From the NCBI RefSeq assembly GCF_006345805.1, contig NW_021825967.1:1-13825 (forward strand): DNA of 13,825 bases, given 5' to 3'. Positions 9,070 to 13,825 of this stretch are shown here, piece by piece. Numbering within the stretch: the first letter of the stretch is position 1; each line of letters starts with the position of its first letter. Made by a program: the position numbers and the translations under genes. Source of the stretch: Octopus sinensis. Taxonomy: Eukaryota. The notes below the pieces were generated by a model. That model saw only the letters and a program-made list of their open reading frames with translations, was not told the DNA's origin and did no database searches.

Positions 9070-9228
9070 GGACATTCACGGATTTCAGGATCTACCTTCA
9101 TTAATGCGACTGGTTTTCGTTGTGAAATTACAGATGATAGTCCAATACTCGTGGACCAGCTTTATAAAGCAAACTACTATATGTATATATCGAGGCATGG
9201 TCCATATCGCCTCGTGCCTATATGCTAG
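9070..9228 (+). other. Candidate terminal coding exon (GHSRISGSTFINATGFRCEITDDSPILVDQLYKANYYMYISRHGPYRLVPIC*)
   Basis: T-rich tract plus CTAG acceptor (AG 9068-9069), a 52-codon open phase-0 frame to TAG at 9226-9228, and ATTAAA at 9267-9272 followed by a T-rich tract. No homology recognised. Confidence 0.25.
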
Positions 9229-9361
9229 CATTGGCTTCCTGTTGAAGATGGCAACGCCAATCGTAAATTAAAATTATTTTATTTTATTTACAAAAGATTG
9301 CCGAAACTATGCATAGTCCAGGAAAGATAGGGTAAACGTTTTATTTCTCTTTCCATTTCAG

Positions 9362-9403
9362 AGTTACAACTATTAGTGGTTTGTAGTTTAACTGCTTCTT
9401 TCA
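9362..9403 (+). other. Candidate 42-nt micro-exon (phase 1-1 frame LQLLVVCSLTASF)
   Basis: Strong acceptor TTTTATTTCTCTTTCCATTTCAG (AG 9360-9361) and canonical donor GTGAGT at 9404-9409; length is divisible by 3. Confidence 0.3.
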
Positions 9404-9444
9404 GTGAGTCAGATGTCCTTTATGTCCATCACTTATGCGTTTAA

Positions 9445-9456
9445 ATATATATATAT

Positions 9457-9497
<41 letters not shown>
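9445..9497. repeat. (AT)n microsatellite
   Basis: Visible directly. Confidence 0.96.
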
Positions 9498-9499
<2 letters not shown>

Positions 9500-9927
9500 T
9501 ATAGCAAGGGCTAAAGAAGGTTGTTCTAAAGCGAATATACTGATAATCCCATTTAATCTGCTTGCTACAGAAAGTTGAACAGAAATTCGGGCAAACTATA
9601 CCTTTGGAACATTTAAATTTCGTTATCTCAATATTGAATCAATTTCGGAATTAACCACATAAGGGTTCGTTCGTCTTCAGTTAAGCTTACGAGAGAATAT
9701 AAGTAAGACACTCACGTGCACCTCTGGAAAACAGCGGAAGCGAATAACACAAGTACATCTGAGTAACCCAATTATATCCAAAAATAAAAGTTCTTAGGTT
9801 AAGTCTCAGGACAACATGTTGACTTCCCGCCGCTACATATTGTAGTGATTACAAGTCCCTGCAGCAAGCAGTAATCACTTTACTACTATTAAAAGGGATG
9901 AAGTCTTTTTCTCTACAGAAAAAAATT

Positions 9928-10019
9928 CAGCTGGGGATCACATACGCCATTGAAACCGGTTAACCGGACCCATGAGCCTGGCTAGGCTTTAGAAAGGGCG
10001 CATTTATTTTATTATTTTT
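9928..10019 (+). mobile_element. Family B SINE 3' fragment (5'-truncated)
   Basis: CACATACGCCATTGAAACCGGTTAACCGGACCCATGAGCCTGGCT...AAAGGGCG matches 6127-6182 and ends in a TTTATT-type tail. Confidence 0.87.
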
Positions 10020-10418
10020 GAGACTGCATATCGACTAGATCAATCATCATATTTTTCGTATAGTTTAACACAGTCAGAGAAGTTTGAGTGAATATTTGAA
10101 TATTGTTTCTAGCAAATGAAGTGACAAAATACAGGATCCCTTCCCGGCGCACCATCACTGAATGTTTTGTTTGTTTGTATGTCTGTTTATTTTAATATGT
10201 CCGTTATTACAGAAGGTGATGCGTATTATGTTGGGGAGATGGATGTTTTGGTGCTGTAGACTTAAGAATTGGAAATAAACACGCCATCAGAGATTGTTTG
10301 TTGTTTCCGAAGTAGGTTCTTAAGTACAGGATTTAAGGAAGAGAAAATGAGAGAAATGTATATATGAAAGAAATACTTGTGGATGAGAAAAACGTAGTTA
10401 GATGCGCCGAAATGGGGA

Positions 10419-10745
10419 TGAGGCGGAGGAAGAGGACGAGAACAACAACGCCATCGAGGAGGACTACGTGGAGGAGGAGGAGGACGACGATAACGACAAG
10501 GAGGAGTTGGGGTAGAGGTGAAGGAGATGCACAGAAAGGAGATGTCTGCGCTAGTGGCGGTGGCAGCGGCAGTGGTGGTGGTGGTCGTCGGCATGGTGTT
10601 GTTGTTGTTACTGGTAGTAGTGGTGGCGGCGACGGCGGTGGTTATGGGGGAGGTGCGGCGGCGGTGGTTATGGGGGAGGTGCGGCGGCGGTGGTGGTGGT
10701 GGTGGAAGGAGGAGGAGGAGGAGGAGGAGCAGGTGAAGAAGAAGA
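10419..10745. repeat. Purine/G-rich triplet mosaic (GAG/GAC/GGT/GGC/GTT)
   Basis: Degenerate triplet arrays; explain the R/G/E/V-rich ORFs at 10262-10927. Confidence 0.9.
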
Positions 10746-10960
10746 TGTCGAAGGGGAAGGTGTTTTGTAATTCGGGATTGAAAGAAAATGTAAAGAGGAA
10801 AAAAAAATCATGTGTGAGGGGTGAGTGGGAGGGAAGTAAGGTATTACGGAAGAGATTGATAAAGAAAAGAATAAGAGATGTGAATGAGTACCAAAGCAAA
10901 AGAGGGAAAGAATTGGAAAACGGGTAAAATAGACAAAAATAGTCTTCTATGAAAGAATAA

Positions 10961-11117
10961 GGCGGAGAGCTGGCTGAATCATTAGCGCACCGGCCAAAAT
11001 GCTAAGAGACATTTTTCCCAGATCTTTACGTTCTGAGTTCAAACACCGCCGAGGTTAGCTTTGCTTTCTCAGCTTCGGGTTCGATAGGATAAGTACAGCT
11101 GACCACTGGGGGGGGGG
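10961..11117 (+). mobile_element. Family A SINE, diverged and 3'-truncated
   Basis: GGCGGAGAGCTGGCTGAATC...TTTACGTTCTGAGTTCAAACACCGCCGAGG...TCGATAGGATAAGTAC, colinear with 13693-13825; ends in a G run. Confidence 0.88.
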
Positions 11118-11167
11118 CATGTTATTGAAAAGACGGAGAAAGAAAAGCGCCAACGATACACACGCGG

Positions 11168-11313
11168 TCACATATTGATATATATATATATATATATACA
11201 ACACAAACACACACACGCACAGAAACACACGCACACACAAACACATGTATATATATGAAATATACGCGCTGGGTTCCTACGCAATTTCCGCCTCTCAAAC
11301 TATCCCCTCAGAA
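11168..11313 (-). mobile_element. Inverted fragment of a diverged family D SINE, including its internal microsatellite
   Basis: 11255-11313 versus the reverse complement of 12004-12062 is 57/59. The microsatellite structure and the flank TCACATATTGA are also shared. Confidence 0.88.
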
Positions 11314-11472
11314 AACATTGAGAGAAGAAAGGAGAGGAAAGGAGAGTAAGAAACAAACTCAGAACAAAGGAAGAACAAAGGAAGAGCAAAGTTGTTTGAT
11401 GGTAATAAACATAACAAGCTTAAATGTAATACAAGGTGAACGCGGGAAAATGAGTGAAAAATCATTAAGATA

Positions 11473-11890
11473 GGCGCAGGAGTGGCTGTGTGGTAAGTAG
11501 CTTGCTTACCAACCACATGGTTCCGGGTTCAGTCCCACTGCGTGGCACCTTGGGCAAGTGTCTTCTGCTATAGCCTTGGGCCGACCAATGCCTTGTGAGT
11601 GGATTTTGTAGACCCAAACTGAAAGAAGCCTGTCGTATATATGTATATATATGTGTATGTGTGTGTGTTTGTGGATATGTTTGTGTGTCTGTGTTTGTCC
11701 CTCTAGCATTGCTTGACAACCGATGCTGGTGTGTTTACGTCCCGTCACTTAGCGGTTCGGCAAAAGAGACCGACAGAATAAGTACTGGGCTTACAAAGAA
11801 TAAGTCCCGGGGTCGATTTACTCGACTAAAGGCGGTGCTCCAGCATGGCCGCAGTCAAATGACTGAAACAAGTAAAAGAGTAAAATAGTA
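11473..11890 (+). mobile_element. tRNA-derived SINE, family D (GGCGCAGGAGTGGCTGTGTGG-type), full length with internal (TA/TG) array
   Basis: A-box-like TGGCTGTGTGG and B-box GGTTCAGTCCC (11526-11536). CORE-like CCTTGGGCAAGTG (11548-11560), internal microsatellite ~11635-11700, and a repeated AGTAAAAG tail. Confidence 0.92.
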
Positions 11891-12093
11891 TACAGTTGCA
11901 TGGTCGTGTGGTTAAGAAGCTCGCTTTGCAACAACCATGTGATTTCGGGTTCACTCCCTCTTCGCGACATGTTGGAGTCCTATAATGTGGGATAATCCAT
12001 GCCTTCTGAGGGGATAGTTTGAGAGGCGGAAATTGCGGAGGAACCCACCGCGTATATTTCATATATATACACGTGTTTGTGTGTGCGTGTGTT

Positions 12094-12141
<48 letters not shown>

Positions 12142-12188
12142 GTGTGTGTGTATTTGTGTTGTATATATATATATATTTTTCAATATGT

Positions 12189-12318
12189 GAAACGTTAAAT
12201 CCTCCTTCTTTCTTTCCTTTCCTGGGTGTCCAATAACATCCTCACGTTGTTCCACATCCTCACGTTGTTCCACATCCTCACGTTGTTGTGTTTTCTCTTT
12301 GTTCATGTTTGGAGTAAC
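12189..12318 (+). mobile_element. Possible PLE-type tail fragment related to 458-598
   Basis: Starts GAAACGTTAAA and shares TTCCTGGGTGT / TTCCCTGAGCGT and AATAACAT / AATACAT with the minus strand of 458-562; abuts (TA)n. Similarity is weak. Confidence 0.35.
12236..12287. repeat. Perfect 18-bp tandem repeat ACATCCTCACGTTGTTCC, 2.9 copies
   Basis: Units start at 12236, 12254 and 12272 (last unit 16 bp). Confidence 0.95.
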
Positions 12319-12929
12319 TATATATATATATAAACGGGGGATTGCGAGTGTCTGTGCTCATGCTGGCTTGCGTGTCTTTGTATTTGTTCCTGCCCACCAC
12401 TTGACAACCGGTGCTGGTGTGTTTACATCCCCGCAACTTATTGATAGTGATGTTGTTTTGTTCCATTATAACCTTCAAACCACTGCCCCAGGATTGCCGC
12501 TTTGCAATGACATAAAGAAGACAAAGCGAAAAGGCAAAAGGTAAAATAAAAACGAAAGCCAGGGAGATTCTGAAAAAGAGAAACTTTAAGAAAAGATGGA
12601 GAGAAAAAGTGTCTTTCAAATGTATTTGCTTCATTGAAACAATATCAGACACTTAAAAAAGACATTGAATTAGACGGAAACATAGGAGTGAGACACTATG
12701 TTTTGTTAGAGAGAAATTAAGTAACGGAGAAAAACAAGGAATACTGAGAAGCAATGGCCGTGTACTACATCTATCCTCGTTTATCACGGTCGTTTGGTTT
12801 CCCCACCAAAATAGTGTTAAATGAATCGGTAATAAATGAGTAATAGGATATATGAAAGAGAAAGGCATTGGTTCCCAGATCCTAAGTTGTGCTTGCTATG
12901 TTACACAATTAGCCCCACCAAACAGTTTT

Positions 12930-13334
12930 TAAATAGACGTACGCAGTAGAAGTTAAATTTGTTCCTTGACCGAGTTCGTTTTACGATTCACTCGTTTTAC
13001 AAATCAATTTTCCCCGTGGAAATTAACTAAAATGTAATTAATCCATTCCAGCCCCACAAAACGACTCAAAAATAATTCGGCAGGGGGTTGGGGGAGGGAG
13101 TTAAAACAGAAAAGGTGTAGTCACAAGTAAAATGACAATTATGAAAAAAAAGAGACTGCAAAAGAAATATGTAAACTGGTTTTATTAATTGAATTAATTA
13201 CCTTAAAGATGGGACGATTTGTGTGCTCGTAGTGCGGATTTCCGCTCGTACTTCGAGACAACAATTCGCACGAGTCTCGGCTCTTACGGCAAATTACTCG
13301 TACAATGATGCACTCGTACTGCGAGGCTTTACTG
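12930..13334. mobile_element. pogo/Tigger-like non-autonomous DNA transposon (~405 bp)
   Basis: The right end reads TA|CAGTAAAGCCTCGCAGTACGAG on the minus strand, with TA at 13335-13336 and subterminal CTCGTA at 13226, 13245, 13297 and 13313. The left end is degenerate, with CGCAGTA at 12942-12948 followed by Tigger-like TTAAATTTGTTCC...AATTAATCCATTCCAG. Family call is from recalled motifs. Confidence 0.7.
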
Positions 13335-13390
13335 TAATGAGATTCTTTTCATGCTTGGAATAATAGTTAAGATAATATTTAATAACAAAG

Positions 13391-13445
13391 AGGCATGGCT
13401 GTATGGTAAGAAGTTTGCTTTTCAGACACATGGTTCTTGGTTCTG
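13391..13445 (+). mobile_element. Family D SINE head only
   Basis: GGCATGGCTGTATGGTAAGAAGTTTGCTT...CACATGGTTCTTGGTTC matches 11478-11530, then stops at the TATG array. Confidence 0.8.
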
Positions 13446-13690
13446 TGTGTATATGTATGTTTGTATGTATGTATGTATGTATATGTATGTATGTATGTAT
13501 GTGTGTATGTATGTATGCATGCATGTATGTATGTATGTATGTATGTATGTATGTATGTATGCATGCATGTATGTACGTATGTATGTGCGTATGTATGTAT
13601 GTATGTATGTATGTATGTATGTTGTATGTATGTATGTATGTATGTATGTGGGTTGTTAGGTAGGCAGGTAGGTAGGTAGGTAGGTAGGTA
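13446..13690. repeat. (TATG)n array grading into (TAGG)n
   Basis: Visible directly. Confidence 0.97.
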
Positions 13691-13692
13691 GA

Positions 13693-13825
13693 GGCGGCGA
13701 GCTGGCAGAAACGTTAGCACGCCGGACGAAATGCTTAGCGCTATTTCGTCTGCGTTACGTTGCGAGTTCAAATTCCGCCGAGGTCGACTTTGCCTTTCAT
13801 CCTTTCGGGGTCGATAAATTAAGTA
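13693..13825 (+). mobile_element. Family A SINE, well preserved, cut by the window end
   Basis: GGCGGCGAGCTGGCAGAAACGTTAGC head, B-box GTTCAAATTCC (13766-13776), then GTCGACTTTGCCTTTCATCCTTTCGGGGTCGATAAATTAAGTA. Confidence 0.92.

Larger units (their letters stand above)
11893..12440 (+). mobile_element. Older, diverged family D SINE interrupted within its microsatellite
   Basis: Head TGGTCGTGTGGTTAAGAAG...GGGTTCACTCCC, then GCCTTCTGAG...GCGGAAATTG (cf. GCCTTGTGAG...CCCAAACTG in the intact copy). It resumes at ~12372-12440 with CTTGACAACCGGTGCTGGTGTGTTTAC (cf. 11711-11737). Confidence 0.82.

Noticed and set aside
9844-9879. 9-bp stem AGTGATTAC/GTAATCACT with an 18-nt loop
   Set aside because: Short, AT-rich and isolated; not distinguishable from chance.
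10165-10260. Acceptor-like site at 10211-10212 followed by GDAYYVGEMDVLVL*
   Set aside because: Very short frame, no donor, and no way to link it to the other candidates without transcript data.
11119-11127. ATGTTATTG mirrored at 12231-12239, exactly 40 nt outside both inverted arms
   Set aside because: The intervening 40 nt match only about 13/40 and the right side appears to be a separate insertion, so I did not extend the inverted repeat. It is worth rechecking on a dot-plot.
12236-12287. 18-bp repeats as a CRISPR-like array
   Set aside because: No spacers, eukaryotic context, and no cas genes; it is a simple tandem duplication.
229-13771. Most ORFs in the six-frame track (YIYI, poly-L/F/T/N/Y, CVCM, R/G/E-rich)
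   Set aside because: They are translations of stop-free microsatellites or of SINE bodies, with no domain motifs.

Overview
AT-rich eukaryotic, essentially non-coding DNA. It is dense in simple repeats and tRNA-derived SINEs, a pattern I associate with Octopus genomes (inference, not proven here). No complete protein-coding gene, rRNA, true tRNA or CRISPR array is supported, and most ORFs in the track are microsatellite artefacts. Supported elements: an internally deleted mariner with TIRs and TA TSD (2552-3119); a pogo/Tigger-like non-autonomous element (~12930-13334); about a dozen copies or fragments of four SINE families, two with clear 14-bp TSDs; and many compound microsatellites. The most unusual structures are a minimal hammerhead-ribozyme-like motif on the minus strand (551-587) in a short repeat embedded in (TA)n, a ~500-bp imperfect palindrome (~8557-9058), and a pair of near-identical inverted SINE/microsatellite segments (11168-11313 / 12004-12190). 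Two weak plus-strand exon candidates lie at 9070-9228 and 9362-9403.
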